Made by a program: the position numbers and the translations under genes
Assembly (NCBI GenBank): GCA_022448425.1
Contig: JAKVCY010000187.1
Coordinates: 127-64,126 of the forward strand
Source of the DNA: Thalassotalea sp.
Lineage (GTDB): Bacteria > Pseudomonadota > Gammaproteobacteria > Enterobacterales > Alteromonadaceae
Reading direction: 5' to 3'
DNA: 64,000 nucleotides
Shown here: in pieces, positions 53,340 through 63,662 of the stretch
Layout of the letters: each line of letters begins with the position of its first letter
How positions within the stretch are numbered: position 1 is the stretch's first letter
Notes under the pieces: model-generated
Seen by the model: the letters and a program-made list of their open reading frames with translations, nothing else
What the model was told of the DNA's origin: nothing
The model's database searches: none

Positions 53340-54083
53340 CTATTTTTCGCCCTTAATGGCAACCATCGAAGTAAAGTTAAAACATTGGAACCATGGTGTT
53401 ACTTCGCCAAATCCAGCCTGTGCTAAACGTGTCTTGTGCTCTGCAAGTGTATCCGGTCTCATCACGTTTTCTAACGCAGTGCGCTTCTGAGCGATTTCGA
53501 GTTCACTGTATCCATTGGCGCGCTTAAAATCATGATGTAAATCGATTAATAACTCGTTTGCCGTCTCTGACTGGCCGGTAATTTTTTCAGAAAGCACTAG
53601 AATGCCGCCGGGCACTAGCCCTCTGAAAACTTTATCCATCAACGCTTGGCGCTTTTCTTTTTCGATGAATTGTAGTGTGAAGTTAAGCACGACAATTGAC
53701 GCGTTTTCGATCTCAATTATTTCAATATTGTCTTTAACAATTGTAACGGGGGTTTTGCCTTTGAAGGCTGAAACGTGCATCTTACAGCGTTCAACCATAG
53801 CGTCAGAATTGTCGACACCTATGATTTCAACATGATCTTCGGTAATTGCACGACGCATTGCGAGTGTTGCGGCACCTAAAGAGCAACCCAAGTCGTATAT
53901 CTTCGTATTAGGTTTTGCATAGCGCAGGCTTAAGCGGCCAATAGTGTCAATAATCGTGTTGTATCCAGGCACAGAACGACTGACCATATCAGGAAAAACT
54001 TCTACTACCTGAGCATCAAAAGTAAAGTCTTTAACTTGGCTATGCGGGTTAGAATAAATTAAATCGGTATTTGAACCTTGCAT
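53340..54083 (-). CDS. cmoA: Carboxy-SAM synthase CmoA
   Basis: FPDMVSRSVPGY, YDLGCSLG, NFTLQF, KRANGYSELEI.QKR. Confidence 0.96.
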   Translation of the reverse strand: MQGSNTDLIYSNPHSQVKDFTFDAQVVEVFPDMVSRSVPGYNTIIDTIGRLSLRYAKPNTKIYDLGCSLGAATLAMRRAITEDHVEIIGVDNSDAMVERCKMHVSAFKGKTPVTIVKDNIEIIEIENASIVVLNFTLQFIEKEKRQALMDKVFRGLVPGGILVLSEKITGQSETANELLIDLHHDFKRANGYSELEIAQKRTALENVMRPDTLAEHKTRLAQAGFGEVTPWFQCFNFTSMVAIKGEK

Positions 54084-54187
54084 GAATGAGGACTTTTTTA
54101 GTTAAACTTCCTATATTTTAACTGAAGCGATTGATCTTGATAAGATAATATTGCAAGGTTCCGGTCTACGGGTAAGTTAAGGGTATA

Positions 54188-57067
54188 TTGCCAATGTGTA
54201 AAATAAGATGGTTTGGCATTTGTTTGCTGTTGTTATTAGAGGTTGTAGGGCTAGGAAACTCTGGCTTACGCTCGGCTTTAGCAAATGATTTGGCAGTGCC
54301 AGAGCAATCCGTTAGCACATTTTCCCCTGACAAAGTCTTTTCGATTGCATTCAGTAATGAGTCCTACCCGCATCAGTTCGTCAATAAGGAAGGCGAACCT
54401 GATGGCATAATGAAAGACTTCTGGCAGCTCTGGGCTGAAAAGCAGGGCGTTACTATTCAATTTGTACCTATGTCATGGCAGCAAACGCTCGATAGTATTC
54501 AACGTAATGATATAGATTTTCACGCAGGATTGTCGTTTACGCTCGAGCGTACTGAATTTATTAATTTCAGTACCGGTGTATTTCCGACCTACAGTTTTAT
54601 TTATCTAAACGAATCCCTCCCTAGCATTACCCATGTTGATCAACTAACACCATACACTGTCGGCGTGGTTAAAGGTTCAAGCCATGGTTCGACATTGCGA
54701 GAGTCGAATCCACGCATTCAACAGATTGTGTTCGATACTCGAGCCCAAGTGTATAAGGCTGCGATGGCCAAAGAAATTCTAGCCTTTGTTGAACTTGAAA
54801 GGCTTGATGATAGTTTCGAAGAGCTTGCTCAATTAACGTCGCTTTATCCTCGTTTTAGACGCATAAACTACCAAACAAGTGACTATGCTGCGGGCTTGTC
54901 AAAGGACGATGTCAAAATGCTTGCATTTGTTAACCAGGGTATCGAAAAAGTTACTTTGGCTGAGCGACGAGAAATTGAGAATAAGTGGCTCAAATCACAA
55001 AAGACCAGCGTAGGTGTAACGCTGGCTTTCACTGACAATGTAGCACCTTATATGGGGCATTCCGCATCTGGACAGCCACAGGGGTTGTTTCTTGATATTT
55101 GGCGTTTGTGGTCTAGTTATACTGGGATGCCAGTCGCTTTTGTTGGCGATACGATGAGTCGGTCGATTGAACAGGTAAGAACAGGCAGGGTTGACGCACA
55201 TATTGCTTATCCAGGTAGCAATGGTGTTGTAAACGATCTTGCAAAAGCGTCGAAAGTCTATGAAGTTTGCTCTGGCGTCTTTGTATCCCAAGCGATGCCA
55301 GGCATTGAGAACATGGCTCAACTTACAGGCAGGAATTTGGGCGTGTTTGTTACGTCACCTTATATCGACACGATAAAAACCGAATACCCGTCAATAAATC
55401 TAGTTTACTTTACTAATCATCAAGAGATGATTAGTGCTGCCGAGCGAGGTCAAATCGATGCAGCGATAAGTGAAGTAGAAAACATGCATGTGCAATTGGT
55501 TAATGCCAACCTACAGTCGCTTTTTTATTTGCTTGACGAGCCTAAATTCAGTGTTGATATATTCGCTTTGGTCAACTCCGAAAATGAGGCGTTGGCAGAT
55601 TACATTCGTGAGGGGTTTGAGCGTATTCCTGAGAGCGAGCTCTGGGCGTTAGAAGATACGTGGCTAACTGTTAAGGACAGTAGCTATTTTAGAGAGCAGG
55701 GCCAGAAGGTTGATTTAAGCGCTGAGCAAGTCAAATGGGTCATGGAAAACTCAACCATTAAAGTTGGTATGGTTAAAGACTGGGAACCACTAGAGTTTGT
55801 CGATGAGCAAGGACGCCCCCAAGGTATCAACATCGATATCATTAACAAAGTGGCTGAAAGCGTAGGTTTAGAAGTGCAAATTGTCACTTACGACACTTGG
55901 ACAACACTGCTAGATGATTTATACGGTGCTGAGGTAGATGTGATACTGGGAGCATCTCAAACCGAGCAACGTGAGAGTTTCCTGACGGTAAGTGAGCCTT
56001 ATTTGGAAGCGCCATGGAGCATTATTCATAAGCAAACGCTAAAAGAAATCAGAAGTATTAGAGATTTCAACGGTAAACAACTCGCCATTATTAAAGACTA
56101 TCAATTGATTGACTACATTCGTAGCCAATACCCAAATATTTTTCTAACCGTTGTAGAGTCTATCGACGAAGGCGTTCGCGCAGTTCAGCAGAATGTTGCT
56201 GATGGCTTCATCGAGGTACTGCCGGTAGCATCAAAAGTCACGAATCAAGAAAGCATTGTACCTTTAAGAATTTCAGTAGTGCCTGAGTTACCGCTGCAGG
56301 ATTATCGAATAGCGCTGCGCAAAGAGCAAACCGAGCTCAAAACTCTGATTAACGAGGGCTTGATGAACATGTCTGATCAAGAGCGTCAAGCGATTCTAGA
56401 TAAGTGGTTTAGTGTGAGCATTCAAACAGGGTTAGACCGACGTTGGGTCGCGAAAATTGCAGCACAGTTGGGCTTTGCGATTTTTATCATCATAGCTATT
56501 GTTGTTTATTGGAACCGTAAGCTTAGACAAGAAGTTGGCTTGCGCCGCGATTTAGAAGTTCAAATGAAGCATATGGCGACTCATGACGAGTTGACAGGAA
56601 TCGCAAACCGCGTATTGTTGAAATCTCAAATGGAGCAGGCTATTGCATTGCACCAAAGACAAGGCCTCAAGTTGGCCGTGTTATTTGTTGACTTAGACGG
56701 CTTCAAACAGGTCAACGATGAACATGGTCATGAAATCGGCGATCAAGTGCTGAAAGAAGTCGCTAAAAGGTTGCAAGGCTGTGTTCGAAGTTCTGACACC
56801 GTATGTCGATTTGGTGGTGATGAGTTCATCCTTCTGCTCACAAGTTTGAATAACCTAGAAGAAGCAGGCTTTATAGCTGAGAAGGTGATCAAGCTAGTCA
56901 GCGAAACCTATCGCATTGGCGAAATTGAAGCAAAACTGGGCTCTAGTATCGGTATTGCTATGTTCCCCGACGATGGCCAGGAAGGTGGAGACTTGCTGAA
57001 AATGGCGGATACATTGATGTATCGAGTAAAAGCCAGTGGTAAGAATGGTTATCTATATCGCAAATAA
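54188..57067 (+). CDS. Diguanylate cyclase with three periplasmic binding (PBPb) domains, TM and GGDEF
   Basis: Repeated P....G.P.G...D PBPb motifs (x3), one TM, RSSD I-site, RFGGDEF. Confidence 0.88.
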   Translation: MPMCKIRWFGICLLLLLEVVGLGNSGLRSALANDLAVPEQSVSTFSPDKVFSIAFSNESYPHQFVNKEGEPDGIMKDFWQLWAEKQGVTIQFVPMSWQQTLDSIQRNDIDFHAGLSFTLERTEFINFSTGVFPTYSFIYLNESLPSITHVDQLTPYTVGVVKGSSHGSTLRESNPRIQQIVFDTRAQVYKAAMAKEILAFVELERLDDSFEELAQLTSLYPRFRRINYQTSDYAAGLSKDDVKMLAFVNQGIEKVTLAERREIENKWLKSQKTSVGVTLAFTDNVAPYMGHSASGQPQGLFLDIWRLWSSYTGMPVAFVGDTMSRSIEQVRTGRVDAHIAYPGSNGVVNDLAKASKVYEVCSGVFVSQAMPGIENMAQLTGRNLGVFVTSPYIDTIKTEYPSINLVYFTNHQEMISAAERGQIDAAISEVENMHVQLVNANLQSLFYLLDEPKFSVDIFALVNSENEALADYIREGFERIPESELWALEDTWLTVKDSSYFREQGQKVDLSAEQVKWVMENSTIKVGMVKDWEPLEFVDEQGRPQGINIDIINKVAESVGLEVQIVTYDTWTTLLDDLYGAEVDVILGASQTEQRESFLTVSEPYLEAPWSIIHKQTLKEIRSIRDFNGKQLAIIKDYQLIDYIRSQYPNIFLTVVESIDEGVRAVQQNVADGFIEVLPVASKVTNQESIVPLRISVVPELPLQDYRIALRKEQTELKTLINEGLMNMSDQERQAILDKWFSVSIQTGLDRRWVAKIAAQLGFAIFIIIAIVVYWNRKLRQEVGLRRDLEVQMKHMATHDELTGIANRVLLKSQMEQAIALHQRQGLKLAVLFVDLDGFKQVNDEHGHEIGDQVLKEVAKRLQGCVRSSDTVCRFGGDEFILLLTSLNNLEEAGFIAEKVIKLVSETYRIGEIEAKLGSSIGIAMFPDDGQEGGDLLKMADTLMYRVKASGKNGYLYRK

Positions 57068-57226
57068 CCTTGATAACAATTACTTTAAACTGGTATTACT
57101 TGAGGCTCTGGTTGAGGGGAAAGCAAAATATTTAATCGGTGAATCTCCCCTTTGTTCCTCTCAAACTTCAACATGCTAAAAGTTAAATCGGAAGCGGCTA
57201 TTTTTCGGGGTGACTTTACTAAGCTT

Positions 57227-57235
57227 TGCTATATA
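57227..57235 (+). promoter_or_regulatory. Extended -10 promoter upstream of aspS
   Basis: TGcTATAAT, perfect consensus. Confidence 0.6.
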
Positions 57236-57298
57236 ATATCTGGCAATTTTATGTCTTCCCGCTGATTTAGCGGGTTTTTCATTTCAGGATAATTCTAA

Positions 57299-59071
57299 AT
57301 GCGCAGTCATTATTGTGGTGAGGTAAACGAATCTCACGTAGGGCAAGTAGTCACGTTATGTGGTTGGGTTAATCGTCGTCGCGACTTAGGTGCGGTAATT
57401 TTCTTAGATCTTCGTGATCGCGAAGGTTTAGTTCAAGTTGTTTTCGATCCAGATTTACCAGAGGTTTTAGATACAGCCAACACGCTTCGTAACGAGTTTT
57501 GTGTCCTAGTTAAAGGTAAGGTGCGTGCTCGCCCAGAAAGCCAAGTTAACAAAGACATGGCAACAGGTGCTATTGAAGTATTAGGTTTAGAGTTAACAAT
57601 TTTGAACAAGTCTGCTCCTTTACCGCTTGACTCAAACCAAGAAAACTCAGAAGAGCAACGTTTAAAGTATCGCTACCTTGATTTACGTCGTGCTGAAATG
57701 ACAGAGCGCTTAAAGTTCCGTGCTAAAATCACTGCTGCTGTACGTCAATCTCTTGAATCTCAAGGCTTCATGGATATCGAAACGCCAATTCTTACTGCAG
57801 CTACCCCAGAAGGTGCTCGTGATTACTTGGTGCCAAGCCGCACACACAAAGGTAAGTTCTTCGCATTGCCACAATCACCTCAGTTATTTAAGCAATTACT
57901 GATGATGTCTGGTATGGAGCGCTATTACCAAATCGTTAAGTGTTTCCGCGATGAAGACTTACGTGCAGATCGCCAACCAGAATTTACACAAATCGATATT
58001 GAAACGTCATTCATGACGGCTGACCAAGTGATGGAAGTAACGGAGAAAATGATCCGTGAATTATTCCTAAACTTACTAGATGTTGATTTAGGCGATTTCC
58101 CTCGCGTGCCTTATTCAGAGGCGATGACACGTTTTGGCTCTGATAAGCCAGATCTGCGTAATCCGCTAGAGATTGTAGATGTTGCTGACATCTTAAAAGA
58201 CGCAGAATTCAAAGTATTCTCTGGTCCAGCAAACGATGAAAAAGGTCGTGTAGCGGTTATTCGTGTGCCAGAAGGTGCTGCGAGATTCTCGCGCAAGAAC
58301 ATCGACGATTTAACTAAGTTTGTCGGTATCTACGGTGCTAAAGGCATGCCTTGGCTTAAAGTAAATGATAAAGCTGGTGGCATGGAAGGCATTCAATCAC
58401 CAATTCTTAAGTTCCTAAACGAAGAAGCGGTTAATGCTTTATTAGCGCGCACTGGTGCTGAAACGGGTGATATTATCTTCTTCGGTTCAGATACCTATAA
58501 CGTGGTTACTGAGTCGTTAGGTGCACTTCGCTTGAAATTAGGTGAAGAGCTTGGTTTAGTTGCTGACGAGTGGAAACCATTGTGGGTTGTTGACTTCCCT
58601 ATGTTTGAGGAAGTTGATGGTCAAATGCACGCGCTTCATCACCCATTTACTGCGCCAAGCAATATGACACCTGAAGAGTTAGAAGCACAACCAGTTGGTG
58701 CCTTGTCTAACGCGTACGACATGGTGTTAAATGGTTGTGAATTAGGTGGTGGTTCTGTGCGTATCCACGACCAAGCAATGCAAGCTGCTGTATTTAGAAT
58801 CTTAGGTATCAGCGATGAAGAAGCACAAGAGAAGTTCGGCTTCCTACTTGAAGCACTTCAATATGGTGCTCCACCGCACGCGGGCCTAGCATTTGGTTTA
58901 GACCGATTAGTGATGTTGATGACAGGTGCTAGTTCAATTCGTGACGTAATGGCGTTCCCGAAAACGACAACTGCAGCATGTCCATTAACGAACGCGCCAG
59001 GTCAAGCAAACCCTGCACAACTTGAAGAACTTAATATTCAAACGCTTGTGCAAGACGATAGTGCTGAATAA
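57299..59071 (+). CDS. aspS: Aspartyl-tRNA synthetase
   Basis: [49 protein letters not shown]. Confidence 0.99.
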   Translation: MRSHYCGEVNESHVGQVVTLCGWVNRRRDLGAVIFLDLRDREGLVQVVFDPDLPEVLDTANTLRNEFCVLVKGKVRARPESQVNKDMATGAIEVLGLELTILNKSAPLPLDSNQENSEEQRLKYRYLDLRRAEMTERLKFRAKITAAVRQSLESQGFMDIETPILTAATPEGARDYLVPSRTHKGKFFALPQSPQLFKQLLMMSGMERYYQIVKCFRDEDLRADRQPEFTQIDIETSFMTADQVMEVTEKMIRELFLNLLDVDLGDFPRVPYSEAMTRFGSDKPDLRNPLEIVDVADILKDAEFKVFSGPANDEKGRVAVIRVPEGAARFSRKNIDDLTKFVGIYGAKGMPWLKVNDKAGGMEGIQSPILKFLNEEAVNALLARTGAETGDIIFFGSDTYNVVTESLGALRLKLGEELGLVADEWKPLWVVDFPMFEEVDGQMHALHHPFTAPSNMTPEELEAQPVGALSNAYDMVLNGCELGGGSVRIHDQAMQAAVFRILGISDEEAQEKFGFLLEALQYGAPPHAGLAFGLDRLVMLMTGASSIRDVMAFPKTTTAACPLTNAPGQANPAQLEELNIQTLVQDDSAE

Positions 59072-59115
59072 TGACCAAAAGGTCATTGATACAATACGTT
59101 TAATCGTTTACTAAT

Positions 59116-59151
59116 AAAAACGCGCTTTTAATCATTGAAAGCGCGTTTTTT
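59116..59151 (+). terminator. Terminator after aspS
   Basis: AAAAACGCGCTTT...AAAGCGCGTTTTTT. Confidence 0.85.
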
Positions 59152-59162
59152 GTGAGGAAAAT

Positions 59163-59693
59163 TTGCCAATTATTTTAGGAATAGACCCTGGCTCACGCGT
59201 AACTGGCTATGGGATTATCGAACAGAATGGTCACTCTTTTACGTATTTAGGTAGCGGCTGCATTAGAGCTATCGCCCAAGGCGAAGACTTAGCCACACGT
59301 TTGCAGACAATCTTTGCTGGTGTTTCTGAACTGGTTATTCAATTTAAGCCTGATATGTTTGCGATTGAACAAGTCTTTATGGCATCTAATCCTGATTCAG
59401 CGTTGAAGCTGGGGCAAGCTCGTGGCGCAGCTATCGTAGCGGCAACTAATGCAGGATTGGATATCGCAGAATACTCGGCACGACAAATCAAACAGTCAGT
59501 GGTTGGCACTGGTGCTGCTGATAAAACGCAAGTTCAACATATGGTTAAGTCAATTTTAAAGCTACCTGGTACGCCACAGGCAGATGCGGCAGATGCTCTT
59601 GCTGTTGCGCTTTGCCATGCTCATAGCCATGATTCCATCAGCAAAATGGCAGGGCAGGTGAGTAAAACTGTTCGTGGCCGCTTAAGAAAGTAA
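59163..59693 (+). CDS. ruvC: Holliday junction resolvase
   Basis: [27 protein letters not shown]; TTG start. Confidence 0.97.
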   Translation: MPIILGIDPGSRVTGYGIIEQNGHSFTYLGSGCIRAIAQGEDLATRLQTIFAGVSELVIQFKPDMFAIEQVFMASNPDSALKLGQARGAAIVAATNAGLDIAEYSARQIKQSVVGTGAADKTQVQHMVKSILKLPGTPQADAADALAVALCHAHSHDSISKMAGQVSKTVRGRLRK

Positions 59694-59724
59694 CAACTGG
59701 AAGTTGTCGGCTTAATAAATGGTT

Positions 59725-59744
59725 TACTGTATAAATATCTAGTG
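59725..59744. promoter_or_regulatory. Degenerate LexA (SOS) box upstream of ruvA
   Basis: taCTGTATAAATATCTAGtg: CTG-N10-TAG, one mismatch from CTG-N10-CAG. Confidence 0.5.
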
Positions 59745-59780
59745 TTAAGCTTTTCACCATGTTAACCATGGAATTTTAAT

Positions 59781-60401
59781 GTGATTGGACAATTAAAAGG
59801 GCTGCTTGTTGATAAGCAACCGCCGGATATTGTAATCGACTGCAACGGTGTTGGTTATGAAGTACAAGTACCTATGACAACTTTGTACGCATTACCTGAG
59901 CTCAATGAACCTACCTTACTTTATACACATTTCGTTGTTCGCGAAGATGCGCAATTACTTTATGGTTTTGCTACCAAGGTAGATCGCAAGCTTTTCCGTT
60001 TATTAATTAAGGCCAGTGGTGTAGGGCCGAAGTTAGCATTGGCTATTTTGTCGGGTATGTCTGCAGAGCAATTTGTTAGCTGTGTTGCACATGATGACGC
60101 CTCTACTATCGTTAAAATACCGGGTATTGGTAAGAAAACGGCAGAGCGCTTACTCATTGAAATGCGCGACCGCATTAAAGATTGGCAAGTTGAAAGTCAT
60201 GCCAGTATGCCTGATGCGATGCCGCTTGAGTTGGCAGCAGAAAACACCTTTATCAAGTCTGATGCTAAAGGGGATGCTTTAAACGCCTTGATTTCTTTGG
60301 GGTACACGCAAGGACAAGCAGATAAGGCGATTAAAGCGGTTTATCATAAAGACAAGTCAAGCGAAGTACTGATTAAAGATGCGCTTAAAGCTATGTTTTA
60401 A
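59781..60401 (+). CDS. ruvA: Holliday junction branch migration protein RuvA
   Basis: MIGQLKG, GVGYEV, VREDA..LYGF, GVGPKLA, PGIGKKTAER. Confidence 0.98.
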   Translation: MIGQLKGLLVDKQPPDIVIDCNGVGYEVQVPMTTLYALPELNEPTLLYTHFVVREDAQLLYGFATKVDRKLFRLLIKASGVGPKLALAILSGMSAEQFVSCVAHDDASTIVKIPGIGKKTAERLLIEMRDRIKDWQVESHASMPDAMPLELAAENTFIKSDAKGDALNALISLGYTQGQADKAIKAVYHKDKSSEVLIKDALKAMF

Positions 60402-60538
60402 GCGTTACGTTTACCGATAAACAATTAACGAAAAAACGAACGATAAAAACAAACAGTTAATATTAGACTTAATAAATTTGTGCTAATGCCTAGGGTAGTA
60501 TAAGTGCCTAGGACAGCAACAACGTCTAGGAATAAGAA

Positions 60539-61540
60539 ATGATAGAAGCGGATCGATTAATACAACCAGTTGCAACAGTTGAAGATGAAGGCGTAGATCG
60601 CGCTATTCGTCCGAAAATGCTGACCGATTATACTGGTCAAGATCACGTTAAGGCACAAATGGAAATTTTCATTCCTGCCGCGAAGAATCGAGGCGAGCCG
60701 CTTGATCACCTGCTGATTTTTGGACCGCCAGGCTTAGGCAAAACCACACTAGCCAATATCGTTGCTAATGAAATGGGCGTAAATATTCGTACCACTTCTG
60801 GCCCTGTACTCGAAAAAGCTGGCGATTTAGCCGCATTGTTAACTAACCTCGAAGAAAACGATGTGTTGTTTATCGATGAGATTCATCGCTTGAGTCCAAT
60901 GGTGGAAGAAGTACTTTATCCTGCAATGGAAGATTACCAGTTAGATATTATGATTGGTGAGGGGCCAGCCGCACGTTCTATTAAATTAGATCTGCCGCCT
61001 TTTACATTGATTGGTGCGACTACGAGAGCTGGCGCCTTAACGTCTCCATTGAGGGATAGATTTGGCATTGTGCAACGTTTAGAATTTTATTCGAGTACAG
61101 ATCTTACCGATATCGTACTGCGTTCTGCTCATTTCCTAAATCTTACCATTGATGAACAAGGTGCCTTTGAGGTGGCTCGTCGATCTCGTGGTACTCCGCG
61201 TATTGCTAACCGTCTATTACGTCGTGTTCGCGACTATGCTGATGTTAAAACGGGTGGAGTTGTAAACCAAGAATCTGCCGCAAAAGCATTGGATATGTTA
61301 GAAGTCGACAATGAAGGTTTTGACATTATGGATAGAAAATTACTGCAGGCTATCATTGACAAATTCATGGGTGGCCCAGTTGGATTAGATAACTTAGCTG
61401 CGGCCATTGGTGAAGAACGAGAAACGATAGAGGATGTTTTGGAGCCCTTCTTAATTCAACAAGGCTTTTTACAGCGAACACCAAGAGGGCGCATTGTAAC
61501 AGAGCGTACCTATCAACATTTTGGCTTAGCCAAGCCGTAA
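60539..61540 (+). CDS. ruvB: Holliday junction helicase RuvB
   Basis: [28 protein letters not shown]. Confidence 0.99.
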   Translation: MIEADRLIQPVATVEDEGVDRAIRPKMLTDYTGQDHVKAQMEIFIPAAKNRGEPLDHLLIFGPPGLGKTTLANIVANEMGVNIRTTSGPVLEKAGDLAALLTNLEENDVLFIDEIHRLSPMVEEVLYPAMEDYQLDIMIGEGPAARSIKLDLPPFTLIGATTRAGALTSPLRDRFGIVQRLEFYSSTDLTDIVLRSAHFLNLTIDEQGAFEVARRSRGTPRIANRLLRRVRDYADVKTGGVVNQESAAKALDMLEVDNEGFDIMDRKLLQAIIDKFMGGPVGLDNLAAAIGEERETIEDVLEPFLIQQGFLQRTPRGRIVTERTYQHFGLAKP

Positions 61541-61652
61541 TAACTTTTACACGTCTTAATATCACTATATTGGGGCAGAGCAGCTAGTACCTTTGTTTAA
61601 TCACTGTCACTGTTCTAATCTAAATAGTCTCATTCCCCAATAAATTTTAGGC

Positions 61653-61680
61653 AAAAAAAAGCCCGCTTAGTGAAGCGGGC
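61653..61680 (-). terminator. Orphan minus-strand terminator
   Basis: 8-bp perfect stem followed by 8 U on minus; could also end ruvB read-through in the other direction. Confidence 0.8.
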
Positions 61681-61815
61681 CAACTTAATAAAGTTGATAG
61701 AAGGAAGTTAATAGTTCCAGGAAACATGTCAGAGAGAAGAGACAGTATCAATACTACCTATTCTTCAAGAAATCTGGGCGTGTGAGACTTTCTCACTGCG
61801 CTAGCTCAGAAAACA
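61653..61815 (-). ncRNA. Candidate small regulatory RNA (about 160 nt)
   Basis: Minus-strand TTGTTG-N17-TAGAAT (61849-61821), internal hairpin, CU-rich core, terminator GCCCGCTT-cact-AAGCGGGC-T8. Confidence 0.55.
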
Positions 61816-62147
61816 AGAGTATTCTAAACAAGTCTTACCACCCCAACAAACTAATTAAATTTTATTTTCGCATTAGAAAAATTAATGCAATAATTATTTC
61901 GTGGTATTGCCTCAATGTCTCTAATGAATAGATATATAGGGATGTTGGTAATAAAGTGAATAATTATTTATATATTTTGCATGCTGGTTGGATGTTAAAA
62001 AATATAACTAAAAAGTTAATATGAAACCGTAGAGAAATTAATTTACAAATATTCACTAATTTAATTGTATACAAGCCTTGTTAGCACAGGCGTTAATTAT
62101 TAATATGGTCCCCATAATAAGAGTAATTTGAATTCACAGTCTTCCCT

Positions 62148-62558
62148 ATGTCTTTGCCGTCGTTTCAATTTCCTGTACGTGTCTATTATGAAGACACAGA
62201 TGCTGGCGGCATTGTCTATTATGCCAACTATTTAAAGTTTTTTGAACGGGCCCGAACTGAATGGCTTCGCACATTAGGTATTGAACAATCAAAGTTTTTA
62301 GAACATTCCATTGGTTTCGTTGTCAGACGAGTTGAGATGGACAATCTGGCATCAGCGCGGTTAGATGATGCGCTAACAGTTCACTCTCAAATCGTTCGAC
62401 TTAAAAGAGCCAGTATTATCTTTGATCAACAAATTACAGATAGTAATGGAAAAGAATTATGTCGGGTTTCGGTCTCAGTGGCATGTATCGATTTTACAAA
62501 ACATAAACCATGCCAAATCCCAGAGTTTATTTTAGGAGCGTTAAAAAGTGTCAGCTGA
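62148..62558 (+). CDS. ybgC: Tol-Pal-associated acyl-CoA thioesterase
   Basis: [28 protein letters not shown]. Confidence 0.96.
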   Translation: MSLPSFQFPVRVYYEDTDAGGIVYYANYLKFFERARTEWLRTLGIEQSKFLEHSIGFVVRRVEMDNLASARLDDALTVHSQIVRLKRASIIFDQQITDSNGKELCRVSVSVACIDFTKHKPCQIPEFILGALKSVS

Positions 62559-63225
62559 ACTGTCAATTTTAGATTTGTTTTTACAAGCGAGTTTGTTAGT
62601 AAAATCTGTAATGTTAATCCTTTTGGGTTTTTCAGTAGCAAGTTGGGCAATGATATTCCAGCGCAAAAAAGCACTAGACGGTGCTTTGGTTCAGTTAAAA
62701 CAATTTGAAGACAAGTTTTGGAGCGGTGCAGATCTAAACAAGCTATATGCTGAAATTACTTCTCGCCCAACTGTGCAAGGTATTGAAAGTTTATTTGTGG
62801 CCGGCTTTAAAGAGTTCGCGCGTTTACGTAAAAGCAATGTTCACGCGCCACAGGCGATTGTTGATGGTACTCATCGTGCCATGCGCGTTGCGTTATCGCG
62901 TGAAGTGGACAGCCTAGAGACACATTTACCATTTATGGCGACGGTTGGTTCAATTAGCCCTTACATTGGTTTATTTGGAACCGTTTGGGGGATCATGAAC
63001 TCATTTATCGCTTTAGGTGCGGTGCAGCAAGCTACGCTAGCAATGGTTGCGCCGGGTATTGCAGAGGCGCTAGTTGCAACAGCAATGGGCCTTTTCGCTG
63101 CAATTCCTGCGGTAATGGCTTTCAACCGTTTTAGCCACAAAGTTGAAAAGATAGAAAACAGCTACGCTAACTTTATGGAAGAGTTCTCGGCGATTTTACA
63201 TCGCCAATCAGCAGCTGAGCACTAG
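62548..63225 (+). CDS. tolQ: TolQ
   Basis: [28 protein letters not shown]. Confidence 0.97.
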   Translation: MSAELSILDLFLQASLLVKSVMLILLGFSVASWAMIFQRKKALDGALVQLKQFEDKFWSGADLNKLYAEITSRPTVQGIESLFVAGFKEFARLRKSNVHAPQAIVDGTHRAMRVALSREVDSLETHLPFMATVGSISPYIGLFGTVWGIMNSFIALGAVQQATLAMVAPGIAEALVATAMGLFAAIPAVMAFNRFSHKVEKIENSYANFMEEFSAILHRQSAAEH

Positions 63226-63236
63226 GGAGTAACTTA

Positions 63237-63659
63237 ATGTACAACCGTGTTCGAAGAAGAAAAGTTGCAGAAATAAATGTAGTTCCCTACATCGATGTAA
63301 TGCTGGTGTTGTTGATTATCTTCATGGTAACTGCCCCTCTTATTACACAAGGCGTAAAAGTTGAATTGCCAAAGGCGGAGGCTGAACCATTAGATGAAGA
63401 TAGTAAAACGCCTATCGTTGCTTCCGTTGATGCTCAAGGGAATTACTTTATCGCAGAAGGTACGGGGAAAAACCGTAACGTGACGGCAGAGCAGTTAGCG
63501 ATTGAAGTTGCAGCACAGCTGCAACTGGATCCTGAAAAGCCTGTTGTTGTTAATGGTGATGGCGCGGTGTCTTATGATGCTGTGGTTCAGTTGATGGTAC
63601 TACTACAAAAAGCTGGTGTGCCTTCAGTTGGCTTAATGACAGATAATCCGGAGAACTAA
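63237..63659 (+). CDS. tolR: TolR
   Basis: EINVVPYIDVMLVLLIIFM. Confidence 0.97.
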   Translation: MYNRVRRRKVAEINVVPYIDVMLVLLIIFMVTAPLITQGVKVELPKAEAEPLDEDSKTPIVASVDAQGNYFIAEGTGKNRNVTAEQLAIEVAAQLQLDPEKPVVVNGDGAVSYDAVVQLMVLLQKAGVPSVGLMTDNPEN

Positions 63660-63662
63660 CAC

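Noticed and set aside
61726-61785. 19-codon plus-strand ORF with AGGA (MSERRDSINTTYSSRNLGV)
   Set aside because: No peptide features; better explained as the complement of an anti-RBS sRNA seed, though not excluded
61781-61797. TGTGAG-N5-CTCACT as a UvrY/GacA box; identity of the RNA as GcvB or FnrS
   Set aside because: Spacer is 5 not 6 and it lies inside the predicted transcript; no GU-rich R1, no adjacent gcvA, only generic CU-rich similarity
656-62674. Many 60-140 aa ORFs antisense to or overlapping long genes (e.g. 5267-5698, 21188-21583, 50715-51071)
   Set aside because: Shadow ORFs of well-supported genes, with no motifs or RBS support
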